Assembly (NCBI GenBank): GCA_041651095.1
Contig: JBAZJV010000005.1
Location: forward strand, 1,160 to 65,159
Direction: 5' to 3'
Source: Patescibacteria group bacterium
Lineage (GTDB): Bacteria > Patescibacteriota > Patescibacteriia > Patescibacteriales > UBA12465
DNA length: 64,000 nucleotides
Shown here: one piece after another, positions 26,877 to 36,922 of the stretch
Layout: every line of letters begins with the position of its first letter
How positions within the stretch are numbered: the first letter of the stretch is position 1
Notes under the pieces: model-generated
The model's database searches: none
What the model saw: only the letters and a program-made list of their open reading frames with translations
Told to the model about the DNA's origin: nothing
Made by a program: the position numbers and the translations under genes

Positions 26877-28079
26877 TCAGCTTTTTGATAATACGGACTG
26901 ATAAATATCCAGCGTTTCGCGAGCGCACTGCCACCAATCATATTTTTTAGCTTGGACCAGGCCGCGGCTCTGCAAAGTGGCGCGCAAAGCGTCATTAATC
27001 ATGATCTCTTTGATCTTGGCCAGCATATCGGACTCATCGGCCGGATCAAAATACAGGGCAGCGTCGCCCAGGACCTCCGGCAATGAAGCTTGGTTAGAAC
27101 TGACGACCGGACAGCGCTGGGCCATCGCTTCCAAGGGCGGCAGGCCAAAACCTTCATACAAGGAAGGAAAAACATAGGCTCGGGCTTCCGCGTAAAAAAT
27201 TTCCAGCTGCGCGTCCGGTACGTAGCCCGGAAAGATGACCGGACTATTCAGGTTGCCCTGCTGCCAGAGGTTCAGGGACCGGGCGGCGCTCCGGATCCGT
27301 TCATAGAAATAATCCGATTTTCCGACCAGCACCAGGCGCAGATCCGGCTGTTCCAGATGCAAACGGCTGAAGACCCTGAGCAGCGTTTCCAGATTCTTAT
27401 GGGGATAGGCGTTGCCGACGTAAAGCAGGAAATTGCGAGGAATGTGATATTGAGCCAGCGTCTCCTGGCTGTCCAACTTGGAAACGAATAAAGAATCGCG
27501 GCCTTTAGCCAGATGCGCCACGCCTTCGTAGGTCACCGCGATCTTATCCGAAGCAATGCCGAATTTGGTGATGATATCCTGCCGGGAAAATTCGGAAACG
27601 GTAATGATCCTGGCCGCCCGATGCAAAGCCGACCAGATGACCAGGCGATAAGCGGCGTTCTTCAGGCTGTACAGCAGATGGCCGCGCGTGGTGGCCCGCC
27701 TGGTCGGGAAATGAGTCAGGATCAGATCATGAATGGTCACGACGAATTTCACCGGCGTCAGGATCGGCACGTTAAAATGCGGAAAATGGACCAGGTCCAG
27801 CCGCTCGCGCCATAAGCGGTAAGGCATAATCAACTGCTCGGACAAGGAATACCAGCCGCAAGACAGTTTCACTTTCTTGATCCGCGGCCCCTGGGCGACG
27901 AATTCGTCAAAATTAGCCGGGCTGAGAAAGATCACGTACTGCCAGCCGGCTGACGGAACCGGCTCGGAGGCCGCTTCCGCTTCGCTGATCTTGATGATAT
28001 TGTCGACCACTTCCTGCGTGTAGCGGCCCAGGCCTTTGCCGATAGGACCGTAGAAGCGGGCATCGATGCCGATCCGCAT
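26877..28079 (-). CDS. glycosyltransferase family 4 (GT-B)
   Basis: 400 aa. C-terminal [12 protein letters not shown] motif (E-x7-E type). Confidence 0.85.
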   Translation of the reverse strand: MRIGIDARFYGPIGKGLGRYTQEVVDNIIKISEAEAASEPVPSAGWQYVIFLSPANFDEFVAQGPRIKKVKLSCGWYSLSEQLIMPYRLWRERLDLVHFPHFNVPILTPVKFVVTIHDLILTHFPTRRATTRGHLLYSLKNAAYRLVIWSALHRAARIITVSEFSRQDIITKFGIASDKIAVTYEGVAHLAKGRDSLFVSKLDSQETLAQYHIPRNFLLYVGNAYPHKNLETLLRVFSRLHLEQPDLRLVLVGKSDYFYERIRSAARSLNLWQQGNLNSPVIFPGYVPDAQLEIFYAEARAYVFPSLYEGFGLPPLEAMAQRCPVVSSNQASLPEVLGDAALYFDPADESDMLAKIKEIMINDALRATLQSRGLVQAKKYDWWQCARETLDIYQSVLSKS

Positions 28080-28088
28080 GCGGTTAGC

Positions 28089-29510
28089 TTAAACGAAAGG
28101 TAAATTAGGCGGCAGAGGCGGCGTCCCCGGTTCGGCCGGCAGTTCCCGCCCCCGGGACGGGGCCGGAACGGAGCCGGCAAAGATATCCGGCAGAGGAGCT
28201 TTCTTTTCCTCGGCCAGCGGCAGCGAGGCCGGCGCGTCAGCCTTGCGGCCCGGCGCCTTCTGGATCATCGCCGCCTTGACATTGGCCTCGATCGGGAAAT
28301 GCCAGACCGTGGCCAGCTCTTCGATATTGTACAGCCCGGGATGGCGGCCGCGGGATTCGGAACGGCGGACATAGGCCTGAAAAATCTTATTCTTCTTGAC
28401 GGCCAGCCGTTTAGCCGTAAAAAAATACATTGTCTTGGTAAAGGTATAGTCGATATCCGGTTTCAGATTATTCAGATCCAGGGCGGCGAATTGTTTCATG
28501 AAGCCGACCATGCCGCTCATGACTTTGGCCCGGTTCATCACTTCTTTCTTGGCGATATAGACGGACCGGAACTTCGCTTCAAAACCGAGTTTGGAGGATT
28601 TCACCTGGATAGCTTCCACCTGCTTCTTCTCCAGCGGCGTGAGGTCCATCATGGTCCGCGGCTTCTCTTCTTTCCCGGAGCCTTCGATATCGCCCCAGAT
28701 CGAATAGACCTTTTCGCTGAGGTCGCCGATCCATTCTACGAGTTTGCTGTCCCAGCCTGGTTTATGTTTGCCCTTGCGGCCCATGATCTCGTTGATCGCC
28801 TTTTCCGATTCCTTGACCCAATCAAAACCGGTCGGGATAACGATCATCTGGAACCAAAGCTGCTCTCCTTGGCGTAAAGAGCCGTAAAGGTCCATCAGGC
28901 TGGCCATCGGATCCTTGAATTGCGTCTCGCTCGGACCGATCGGATGCTCGAATTCCAGATAGCCCTTGATCGGAAAAACCCAGGGTTTGGCTTGCAGGAA
29001 TTCCGAGCCCCAGACGTCATATTCCTCGTCCGGATAAATCTGCCGCATGGGCGTGACATAATCGTCGACTTCCGCGATCTCGGCGTCCGGATACTGCGAA
29101 TAGACGGCGGACTCCACCAGGTTGCGATGCTCGACCGGGGTCCAAATCAAAAACTGGGTATAGCCCTCCAGGCTGACGATCTCGAAACTGAAGGATTTCT
29201 GGAATTTCCCTTCGAACCATTTCTCAAAAAAATTGATCGAACCGTGGGCGCCGGCCAGGTAGGTGAAGATATTCTCGACCGCCTTGGGCGACTGCTCGTT
29301 GCCGCGCGGAACATCGATGGCCAAGAGGATATTCTGATGGGTATGCTCCCACTTTTCCCGGATGTACAGCAGATAAAGCTCGCGGACGCCGATCAGATAA
29401 ATAAAAGATAAAATTAGCCAGCCAAAATCGCGCCAAAGCACCCAGACCATCTGGTCGGGCGGCAAATTCAAAAACTGGTGGAAAGCACTGGTATTGATGA
29501 CAATATCCAT
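28089..29510 (-). CDS. conserved-looking hypothetical membrane protein
   Basis: 473 aa. N-terminal TM (WLILSFIYLIGV), then ILLAIDVPRGNEQSPKAVENIF...FSFEIVSLEGYTQFLIWTP. No P-loop or other catalytic motif. Pro-rich C-terminus. Confidence 0.55.
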   Translation of the reverse strand: MDIVINTSAFHQFLNLPPDQMVWVLWRDFGWLILSFIYLIGVRELYLLYIREKWEHTHQNILLAIDVPRGNEQSPKAVENIFTYLAGAHGSINFFEKWFEGKFQKSFSFEIVSLEGYTQFLIWTPVEHRNLVESAVYSQYPDAEIAEVDDYVTPMRQIYPDEEYDVWGSEFLQAKPWVFPIKGYLEFEHPIGPSETQFKDPMASLMDLYGSLRQGEQLWFQMIVIPTGFDWVKESEKAINEIMGRKGKHKPGWDSKLVEWIGDLSEKVYSIWGDIEGSGKEEKPRTMMDLTPLEKKQVEAIQVKSSKLGFEAKFRSVYIAKKEVMNRAKVMSGMVGFMKQFAALDLNNLKPDIDYTFTKTMYFFTAKRLAVKKNKIFQAYVRRSESRGRHPGLYNIEELATVWHFPIEANVKAAMIQKAPGRKADAPASLPLAEEKKAPLPDIFAGSVPAPSRGRELPAEPGTPPLPPNLPFV

Positions 29511-29543
29511 AATTTTTCTAGGTTTATTTTACCATATTCCGCG

Positions 29544-29580
29544 AAAAAAAAGAAACCCGCTCCCAAAGGGAGCAGGTTTC
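29544..29580 (-). terminator. intrinsic terminator of the sigma-like gene
   Basis: Minus strand: GAAACCTGCTCCC-ttt-GGGAGCGGGTTTC followed by U8. Confidence 0.8.
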
Positions 29581-29623
29581 CGATAAAGCTTAATCTAAAA
29601 TGCTTAGGCGGCGGCGGTCGTCC

Positions 29624-30664
29624 TTATTTTTGCCATTCTTTCAGGCCGTAGGTGCCGCGGCTGACCAGGACGTAACGGTTATCGAGGATCAACTCATTAT
29701 GAACCGTAGCGGCATTGGCGACTTTCTTGTCGAACTGCATCTCATTGATCTTCTGAGCGATCTCCGTAAAGTGCAAAGGTTCGCCGGCGTGCTTCAAAAT
29801 CAGGAAGATCTTATCGTTCACGGTCTTGGGTTTGACCTCGCCCCACTGGGCGATACCCCATTCGCCGTATTTATTCTGTTCCAGATTCTTGACGGCCTGC
29901 AGCAGGGAATATAAGACCTTGTTGCTGTTGATGATTTCCGCCTTATCCGGAAAAATCTGGCTCTTGAAGACCGGAGTCATATCGTTATCTTGAGCGGCGG
30001 CCAGCTTAGCTTGATGCTTATTATAAGCCTCCAATTCCTTTAACAAGGCCAGCAGTTCGTCGGTAGTCAAAGTCTTCTTCAGGCCGTCGACTTTCTTGAT
30101 CAGGTCGTTGGCCAATTCTTCCAGATGGCTGACGGCTTCGTCCTTCTTCTTGAAGGAAGGATTGAACTGCTCCGAATCGCCGACCAATTCCAGGTCATCG
30201 CTCATCAGCTTGGAAATCAAAAAATTAAAATGGTTGCGATAAGACTGGCGGCTGGCTTCATATTCCGGCGTGCCGACCTGGCCGCGATCGGTCAATTCCA
30301 GGCAGATGACCGTCAGGATATCCAGGAGATAGTCGCGCCGAATAAGCCCGCCATGATCGGCGATCAGGTTATTGACGATGGACTTCAAAGTCGCGATGGA
30401 ACTTTCCAGCGTCTCCAGTTTCTTGATCTTCTTGATGCTGGCCGCTTCGATCTGGCGGACCCGTTCCCGGGTCAGCTTATGCAGGCCGCCGATTTTTTCC
30501 AGGGTTTCTCCCTTATCTCCTTTCAAACCGAAACGACGGGATAAGATGTCCCGTTCCCGGTCCAAGAGTTCGCCGAACAAGGAATTCACGATGCTGATCG
30601 CATCTAACCGAGTCAATTCTTCGGTCTTTCTTTCCTTGATCAATTTTTCTAATAGATTTTCCAT
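29624..30664 (-). CDS. DNA-binding protein with sigma-70 region-4 HTH and C-terminal HARE-HTH-like domain
   Basis: 346 aa. LSRRFGL...ETLEKIGGLHKLTRERVRQIEAASIKKI is a region-4 pattern. The C-terminal LKHAGEPLHFTEIAQKI...VLVSRGTYGLKEW resembles the RpoE-delta/HARE-HTH type. Confidence 0.7.
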   Translation of the reverse strand: MENLLEKLIKERKTEELTRLDAISIVNSLFGELLDRERDILSRRFGLKGDKGETLEKIGGLHKLTRERVRQIEAASIKKIKKLETLESSIATLKSIVNNLIADHGGLIRRDYLLDILTVICLELTDRGQVGTPEYEASRQSYRNHFNFLISKLMSDDLELVGDSEQFNPSFKKKDEAVSHLEELANDLIKKVDGLKKTLTTDELLALLKELEAYNKHQAKLAAAQDNDMTPVFKSQIFPDKAEIINSNKVLYSLLQAVKNLEQNKYGEWGIAQWGEVKPKTVNDKIFLILKHAGEPLHFTEIAQKINEMQFDKKVANAATVHNELILDNRYVLVSRGTYGLKEWQK

Positions 30665-30733
30665 ATGACTCTATAAAAAAAATAAACAACTAAATTAGCG
30701 GACACACATTAACGCTACCATTAGTTCTCAACT

Positions 30734-30762
30734 AATTTATCACATTATTTTATATTAGTCAA
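30734..30762 (-). promoter_or_regulatory. candidate promoter TTGACT-17-TAAATT of the sigma-like gene
   Basis: Minus strand: -35 TTGACT at 30762-30757, 17-nt spacer, TAAATT at 30739-30734. Confidence 0.4.
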
Positions 30763-31763
30763 CCCTTTAATTCACGCCCCAGACAACGATATTCTTTTAA
30801 GAGAAATCTCTCTAATATAAGAGAAAAAATAAACATAGATAAAACCCGAAACAAAATCATTATTTTGTTGGCCGTATTTTGCTGTGTCCAATATTTGACA
30901 AAAATCAGATGTTGGTTATGGAACGACCAGGCTCTTACGGCCCGGCTCTTTTTTCCCCGGTCGCGCCATAAATGCCACAGTCCGCGGCCGGAAGCCGCGG
31001 CGGTCCGATCATGATAGACAACGGCAGCCGGAACCAGGGCGGAAGCAAAGCCGAACAAGAATAAACGATAAGCCAGGTCGCAATCTTCCTTGTACATAAA
31101 AAACCGCTCATCGAAATATTGAGGATGGCGGGAATCGCCGATGGCCACCCGAACCAGGGCGCTTAACCTGAACAGGCCGGCCGCTCCGGACGGACCGAGA
31201 ATTTGCGCTTGATCGAATTGGCCTCGGTCAATCGCTCCCTGCCCCAAATCCAAAAACCGCAGCCCCGGTTCCAACAACAGTCCGAGCGAATCGATGACCG
31301 TCGTTTTTTGTCGGGACACAAAATCCCAGCACCGGATTTTCGGGCTGACCGACGCCAGGGTGGCGTCATTATCCAAAGCGGCAACCAGTTTTTCCAGCGC
31401 GTCCGCTTCCCAAAGCGTATCCGGATTGACGATCAGAAAATATTGGGCCCGATCAGCCAGGGCGGCTTCGATCAGTAGATTGTAGGCGCGGCTGAAACCG
31501 AGATTGCCGCCTTGCGTCATTATTCGTAACGGACGCCGCGGCGCAACCGCGCCGGCATCAGGTCCAACGCCGGCTACGCCGGCATTATAGTTTTCCAAGA
31601 TGTTTCGGTTCGAACGATCGTCCGGCGTGCTATTGTCAAAGACGTAAATCCGATAATCGTCGGGCGACAAAAAACCGAGCGCCGTTTCCAAGCTCGGCAA
31701 AAAATCCGCCAGATAGCCGGCGCTGCTTTCGTTATAGGTAATGAAGCCGACGGCCAGTTTCAT
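30759..31763 (-). CDS. glycosyltransferase family 2
   Basis: 334 aa. N-terminal GT-A pattern (VGFITYNES...VFDNSTPD...NLGFSRAYN) and a C-terminal hydrophobic tail. Confidence 0.8.
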   Translation of the reverse strand: MKLAVGFITYNESSAGYLADFLPSLETALGFLSPDDYRIYVFDNSTPDDRSNRNILENYNAGVAGVGPDAGAVAPRRPLRIMTQGGNLGFSRAYNLLIEAALADRAQYFLIVNPDTLWEADALEKLVAALDNDATLASVSPKIRCWDFVSRQKTTVIDSLGLLLEPGLRFLDLGQGAIDRGQFDQAQILGPSGAAGLFRLSALVRVAIGDSRHPQYFDERFFMYKEDCDLAYRLFLFGFASALVPAAVVYHDRTAAASGRGLWHLWRDRGKKSRAVRAWSFHNQHLIFVKYWTQQNTANKIMILFRVLSMFIFSLILERFLLKEYRCLGRELKG

Positions 31764-31781
31764 AGTAATACGGAAACAAAT

Positions 31782-32507
31782 TTAAATCGCCATCTTGCCC
31801 GCTAATTTGTCCTTGGCGAAATTCTGGGCCCGGAGCAGGCTTTCAAAAGTGCCGGCATCCAGCCATTCGCCCTTGACCAACGCCACCTCTAGCTCGCCTT
31901 GAGCCAGATACCAGTTGTTAACATCGGTGATTTCCAGTTCGCCGCGGCCGGACGGCCGCAGGCTCCGGGTCGCTTCTATGACGCGCCGGTCATAGACGTA
32001 TAAACCGGTAACCGCATAATTGCTGAGGTATTCCTGAGGCTTTTCCACGATGCGCTCGGCCTTCATCTGCTCATTGAACTTGACCACGCCGAAACGCTCC
32101 GGATCCGGCACCTTTTTGGCGAAAATCTTGGCGCCGCTTTTGAAATTCTTGATATCTTCGGCAAAGTCGTCCTCGAAGATATTATCGCCTAAGATAAGCG
32201 CGACGTCTTCGTTATCGATGAAATTTTCGCCGATCAGGAAAGCCTGGGCGATGCCTTCGGGGTGGTCCTGGATCTCATAGGTGAACTTCACGCCGAACTC
32301 CTTGCCGGAACCGAGCAGATTCAGGTAATCCCCGGCCCGTTCCGGCGCGACGATGATCAGGATTTCCTTGATGCCGGCCTTAATCAAGGTATTCAAGGGA
32401 TAATAGATCATCGGCCGGTGATAAATCGGGAGCAGCTGCTTGGACGTGATTTTAGTGAGCGGCCTGAGGCGCGTGCCCGAACCGCCGGATAAGATTATGC
32501 CTCTCAT
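31782..32507 (-). CDS. sugar-phosphate nucleotidyltransferase (short RmlA-like glucose-1-phosphate thymidylyltransferase)
   Basis: 241 aa. GIILSGGSGTRLRPLT...KQLLP signature. Confidence 0.8.
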   Translation of the reverse strand: MRGIILSGGSGTRLRPLTKITSKQLLPIYHRPMIYYPLNTLIKAGIKEILIIVAPERAGDYLNLLGSGKEFGVKFTYEIQDHPEGIAQAFLIGENFIDNEDVALILGDNIFEDDFAEDIKNFKSGAKIFAKKVPDPERFGVVKFNEQMKAERIVEKPQEYLSNYAVTGLYVYDRRVIEATRSLRPSGRGELEITDVNNWYLAQGELEVALVKGEWLDAGTFESLLRAQNFAKDKLAGKMAI

Positions 32508-32541
32508 AGTGTTAGGACGACCCGCCGGGCGGATCGATAAA

Positions 32542-33399
32542 TTAATCGTTTAAATATTCCCGGAGCGCCAGCTTCCAAGGCCGCAGTTTCTTGACTTTCG
32601 TATTCAGGAGAACGGAGAATTTCGGCCGGCGGGCGGCGCGCTGGAGATTTTCGCTGCGGATCGCCCGGACCGGGGTTTTGATCTTGCATAAACGGAGCAG
32701 TTCCATGACCGCTTCATACCAGGTGCAAGGACCGTCGTTAGCTAGATGGTAAATGCCGAACGGTACTTCCAATTCCCATAAGCGCTTCGTCGCTTCCGCC
32801 AGATCCGGCGTATAGGTAAAGCAGCTTAATTCTTCATTTACGACCGTGAGCTCCTTCTTATCTTGCGCCAAATCCCGCATGATGTCAAAGAAGCTGGGCT
32901 TGGCCTGCGGACTGTTGCCGCGAGGACCGAACAACTTGGAAGTCCGGATCAGATAATATTTCAGGCCGTCGGCAGCGCGACGTAGCATTTCCCGTTCACC
33001 GGCCGCCTTGCTTTCCCCATATTTATTGATCGGATTCGGCGTCTCATCCTCCTTGAAATCCTGCTTCTGCTCCGTGCCGCTAAAGACGTAATCGGAAGAA
33101 TAGTGGACCAGAACAGAGTCCTGCTCCAAAGCCAAATCGGCTAAAACGCCGGGCAGTTCCCCGTTCAGGCGCCGCGCCAGCATATATTCGTCCTTATTTT
33201 CGCATTTATCCACGGCATTATAAGCGACGCAGTTGATGATCAGCTCCGGCCGGGCGGCCCGGATTTTTTCCTTTAACAGCGGAAAATCCAAAACGTCTAA
33301 ATCGTCACGGTCCCAAGACAAAACCTCATAATCCACGCTTAAAATTTTGGCTAGTTGCGTACCGAGATTGCCTTGGCCGCCAAGGATGAGAATAGACAT
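32542..33399 (-). CDS. rfbD: dTDP-4-dehydrorhamnose reductase
   Basis: 285 aa. GGQGNLG Rossmann motif, SSDYVF, YGESKAAGE (YxxxK). Confidence 0.85.
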   Translation of the reverse strand: MSILILGGQGNLGTQLAKILSVDYEVLSWDRDDLDVLDFPLLKEKIRAARPELIINCVAYNAVDKCENKDEYMLARRLNGELPGVLADLALEQDSVLVHYSSDYVFSGTEQKQDFKEDETPNPINKYGESKAAGEREMLRRAADGLKYYLIRTSKLFGPRGNSPQAKPSFFDIMRDLAQDKKELTVVNEELSCFTYTPDLAEATKRLWELEVPFGIYHLANDGPCTWYEAVMELLRLCKIKTPVRAIRSENLQRAARRPKFSVLLNTKVKKLRPWKLALREYLND

Positions 33400-33495
33400 A
33401 TATTGGTATTATAGCAGATTCAAACTATAAAAAAAGGCGAGATTATATTAAATCTCACCCTCTCTAATGAAATAACTAATTTTATACGTGTTAAT

Positions 33496-34644
33496 TTAAG
33501 CTGCAAAAGGATAAATAATCCCCATTTCCTGCACTTCTTTGGTTTCATAGGCTGCTTTTTCGTTTACTCTAAACTGAGTTATAGCGTTTATTAAATCAGT
33601 TTCCAAATTATGCACCTTGCCGCTGCCGCCTAATTTTTCCATCCAAGGATACATCGTGCCGCGTGAGGAGGAAAATATTGCGCCTTGTCCGTTCCATTTT
33701 TCGGTCCGGATAAGTTCCGGCATAATCAAAGAGAATTTCCCTCCCTGAGCGCCAAAACCGGGAACAAGAAGAGTCGTAGACGGGAAAGCTAACCGAATAC
33801 CGCCATCACACTGATGGGTAGAGCCGACCACTAAACCAATTGAGGATAAACCATCATATTCTAAATCGTAAGACTGGCTAATATTGTACATATCAGAGAC
33901 ATTCAACATCTGCAAAGTCGACCCATCGGTTCCCAGAGTATGCAATTCCTGATAATCCGGACCTGAAGGATTTGAAGTTTTATTGACCGCTATTATGCCT
34001 TTGCCTTGCTGCATTAGCTTCAAGCCTAAGCCTGGTTTTTCAACGCCGCCTAATACTAAGACATCTCTCCCCATCCAAGGTGTAACATTGATAATATCGA
34101 AATCGAATGGCGAATAATCAATCCCCCAGTGATCTTTTAAGTTCCCAAGGAGACCCGTAAGGTAGGCGGCCTGAGTCGTATCAATATCGCCGCGCTTACA
34201 ATCTAAAATTACAATTAATCTTATCCCTTTCTCTCTAGCCAAAGCCTTGATATACTGGTTTATCCTAGATAAAAGAAACATCCCGGATGGACCGAATTGT
34301 TCGTAAAAGGCGACCTGAGGTTTAAAAACACGGATGTTGCAAAAATTTACCAAGATATCGATAACTCTGATTAGGTAACATTCAATACAAGATAATAAAT
34401 ATGAAAAATCATCATTTTGATTCATGCTTATTACCTTATGTGTTAGCAAATTCAGTATTGAACGATACCAGTCTCGTGCTACTTTCCCCGCCTTTAACTC
34501 GTCCGCTGTTTGAATTACTGATCCATAGACATTAATATTATCTGAATAACTACCGAAGGGATGGACATCTAAACCGGCGCAATACGAAGTTTTTTGTTCT
34601 TTCTGTATTTCGGCTAATTCCACGAAATTATGTTTTGTCATCAT
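33496..34644 (-). CDS. pyrF: orotidine-5'-phosphate decarboxylase, type 2-like, with insertions
   Basis: 382 aa. GLDVHP, FKPQVAFYEQFG, LDCKRGDIDTTQAAY, TSNPSG, LLVPGFGAQGG line up with actinobacterial-type PyrF as I recall it. The gene is visibly AT-richer than its flanks. Confidence 0.75.
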   Translation of the reverse strand: MMTKHNFVELAEIQKEQKTSYCAGLDVHPFGSYSDNINVYGSVIQTADELKAGKVARDWYRSILNLLTHKVISMNQNDDFSYLLSCIECYLIRVIDILVNFCNIRVFKPQVAFYEQFGPSGMFLLSRINQYIKALAREKGIRLIVILDCKRGDIDTTQAAYLTGLLGNLKDHWGIDYSPFDFDIINVTPWMGRDVLVLGGVEKPGLGLKLMQQGKGIIAVNKTSNPSGPDYQELHTLGTDGSTLQMLNVSDMYNISQSYDLEYDGLSSIGLVVGSTHQCDGGIRLAFPSTTLLVPGFGAQGGKFSLIMPELIRTEKWNGQGAIFSSSRGTMYPWMEKLGGSGKVHNLETDLINAITQFRVNEKAAYETKEVQEMGIIYPFAA

Positions 34645-34684
34645 TAGATAACTCCTTAACTAATAAATTGATAAAAATTATTAT

Positions 34685-35389
34685 TTAATTTTTGCCGGTT
34701 AATGCTGCCCAGTTTTTCTTGGGTTTAGATATTATTTTTGAACCAGAGGCGCACAGAGGGCATTCTTCTGGTTTTACAGACCAAATCTCTTTGGCAATCA
34801 AAGAAATAATAGTCCGACCGCCCTGTTCACTACTATCATTAAACTTAGCAGGGCGATAAACTAAACTACCAATAACCGGCAGCCAAACTACGGCATCGGG
34901 ATTATCAGAATCAATCCCATTTTGAACGGCATTTGTGGTCTTACGAGTTGTAATTAATTCTTCTACCTGCAGCACCAGACTATTAGGCGGTATAGCGATT
35001 CTGTTAAAAGTCATGGCGTCGCCATCTTTTTCAGTAAACATATTGCAAGTTGCGCCTAAAGCTCTGGCCACATCATGAGCAAAGGTTATGCCGGCCATAG
35101 GTGAACCAATAACATAGTCCGCCTTAACGCCGCCGCAGGCTACTCTGATTTTTCTGGCCAGTTGATTGGCAAGGATATCGGATAGATTCAGATATTGCAA
35201 CACTCTTAAACAATCAAAAAAACCGTTACTGTGCTTGCCGGAAGTTAACATGACGTGCGGATCGTTAGGATCGCCGCTATGTTGCCAATAAGCCCGGCAA
35301 ATTTGGAACCATTCCAGAATTTCTTCCATCGAGACATCTCGATTATTGAAATCATCTGGTTTAAGACTAATAAGATACTGAAGATCCAT
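34685..35389 (-). CDS. pyrE: orotate phosphoribosyltransferase-like PRTase
   Basis: Start placed at ATG 35389 (MDLQYLISL..., AAGGGG SD-like box upstream). HVMLTSGKHSNGFFD, PRPP-binding loop LVLQVEELITTRKTT, and C-terminal ECPLC...KPKK. Confidence 0.65.
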   Translation of the reverse strand: MDLQYLISLKPDDFNNRDVSMEEILEWFQICRAYWQHSGDPNDPHVMLTSGKHSNGFFDCLRVLQYLNLSDILANQLARKIRVACGGVKADYVIGSPMAGITFAHDVARALGATCNMFTEKDGDAMTFNRIAIPPNSLVLQVEELITTRKTTNAVQNGIDSDNPDAVVWLPVIGSLVYRPAKFNDSSEQGGRTIISLIAKEIWSVKPEECPLCASGSKIISKPKKNWAALTGKN

Positions 35390-35608
35390 AAGAACCCCTT
35401 TGTTTAGTGAAGAAATGATGTTAATTGAATTTATATGTAGACCCAATAATATAGATTGTTAAATAACTGCTATAAATCTTAACCTTACATACTGCCATAA
35501 ATCAAGAAATAAGGCAATAATAGTTACTACAAATCAAACAAAGACCGATCCTAGAAGAAGCGGCCTTTTTATCTATGTCTTCAATTTAACAATTATCTAT
35601 TTTGGCTC

Positions 35609-36898
35609 TCACCGATCTTGCCACTCCGCCTCCTGCCTGACCAGCAGCTGCGCCGCCCGGTCCGGTTCGGCCATGATTTCCTTGACCAGGCGCTCCAGGC
35701 GCACGGCGGCAGAAGCCTTGATCAGGATAATGTCGCCGGCCTTGATGCGGTTGGACAGGAACTTGCCGACTTCCTGCGGCTTATCGAAATAGAAAATAAA
35801 ATCATCGGCCAGACCGGCTTCGGTCGCGCCGCGGATGATGTCACGCGCTTTCTCGCCGACAGCGATGAGTCCATCGATACCGCTCTTCGCCACTTGCTCG
35901 CCGACGGCGCGATGGCCGGTTTCCGTATAGACTCCTAATTCCAGCATCTCGCCCAAGATGGCGTATTTATGGGCTCCGGTCTCGATCTTGATCCGGCCCA
36001 GGATGTCCAAGGCGGCAGCGGCCGCTTCCGGCGAAGAATTATAAGTATCGTCGATGATGAAGGTATGCTTGATGCCCGGCAGAACGTTCATCCGCCCGGG
36101 CGGCAAAACGAAATCGCGCAGGCTGCCGACGATATCGACTAAGTTGAGCTGGAAATGCAAGCCGACCGCGGTCGCCGCCAAGGCAGCATAGAGCGCTCCC
36201 TCCGTCATGACATTATCCATGAACAAGGGCACGGTCACGCCGTTATAGCCGAGCTTGCAGTGCAATCCGGCAAGTTCGTAATTGCCTTTGGTAAAATTGA
36301 AAACCAGGTCCTGCGCCTGTAAATCGGCGCCCGTCCGCAAGCCATAAGTCAGGACGCGGGCGCGGCTGGCCGAGGCCATCTCGCGAGTCGCCTCGTTGTC
36401 GTAATTCAAGATGACCAGGCCTTTATTATTAACCTGCTCGACCAGGGTCTGCTTTTCCGTTTGGATGTCATCCAAGCTGCCGAAATATTCGATGTGGGAA
36501 TGGCTGACATTGGTCACCAGGGCGACGTCAGGCGGCGCGATTTTAACCAGATAGGCCAAATCGCCTGGTCGGTCCACGCCCATTTCCAGGACCAGGACCT
36601 GCGGATAGGTCGGGTCTTTAAAAAGCAACAAGCCGACGGCTCGCCAGCACACCCGCACCCAGCCCAGCCAATTATGACCGGGCGAAACCGCTCCGATGAT
36701 CGAGAGCGGCAAGCCGAATTCATTATTATAATTCTGCGGACTGACCCGGACCCGGAACTTATCCCGCAACACCCGGCCGATCGCCGCCTTGGCGCTGGTC
36801 TTGCCGATAGAGCCGGTAACCGCGACAATAGTCGGCTGGTAGCGCTTGACTATCAGCCGGGCCAGGATCTTCAGTTTTAATTTGATAAGCTGGCGCAT
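35609..36898 (-). CDS. murF: UDP-N-acetylmuramoyl-tripeptide--D-alanyl-D-alanine ligase
   Basis: 429 aa. TGSIGKTS P-loop and the Mur ligase middle and C-terminal patterns. Position in the dcw cluster. Confidence 0.9.
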   Translation of the reverse strand: MRQLIKLKLKILARLIVKRYQPTIVAVTGSIGKTSAKAAIGRVLRDKFRVRVSPQNYNNEFGLPLSIIGAVSPGHNWLGWVRVCWRAVGLLLFKDPTYPQVLVLEMGVDRPGDLAYLVKIAPPDVALVTNVSHSHIEYFGSLDDIQTEKQTLVEQVNNKGLVILNYDNEATREMASASRARVLTYGLRTGADLQAQDLVFNFTKGNYELAGLHCKLGYNGVTVPLFMDNVMTEGALYAALAATAVGLHFQLNLVDIVGSLRDFVLPPGRMNVLPGIKHTFIIDDTYNSSPEAAAAALDILGRIKIETGAHKYAILGEMLELGVYTETGHRAVGEQVAKSGIDGLIAVGEKARDIIRGATEAGLADDFIFYFDKPQEVGKFLSNRIKAGDIILIKASAAVRLERLVKEIMAEPDRAAQLLVRQEAEWQDR

Positions 36899-36922
36899 AG
36901 GGCCGGAGTAATTTAAAACAGG

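Noticed and set aside
26854-26937. Track start of the DUF4012-like ORF at 26937, overlapping the GT4 gene by 61 nt.
   Set aside because: The extension ([28 protein letters not shown]) has no support. ATG 26853 gives a normal 23-nt intergenic gap.
33409-35475. 9-bp inverted repeat TTATAGCAG / CTGCTATAA (33409-33417 and 35467-35475) at both ends of the pyrF/pyrE island, as possible mobile-element termini.
   Set aside because: A 9-bp match between two AT-rich intergenic regions of 100-160 bp is close to chance expectation. There is no transposase, integrase or target-site duplication.
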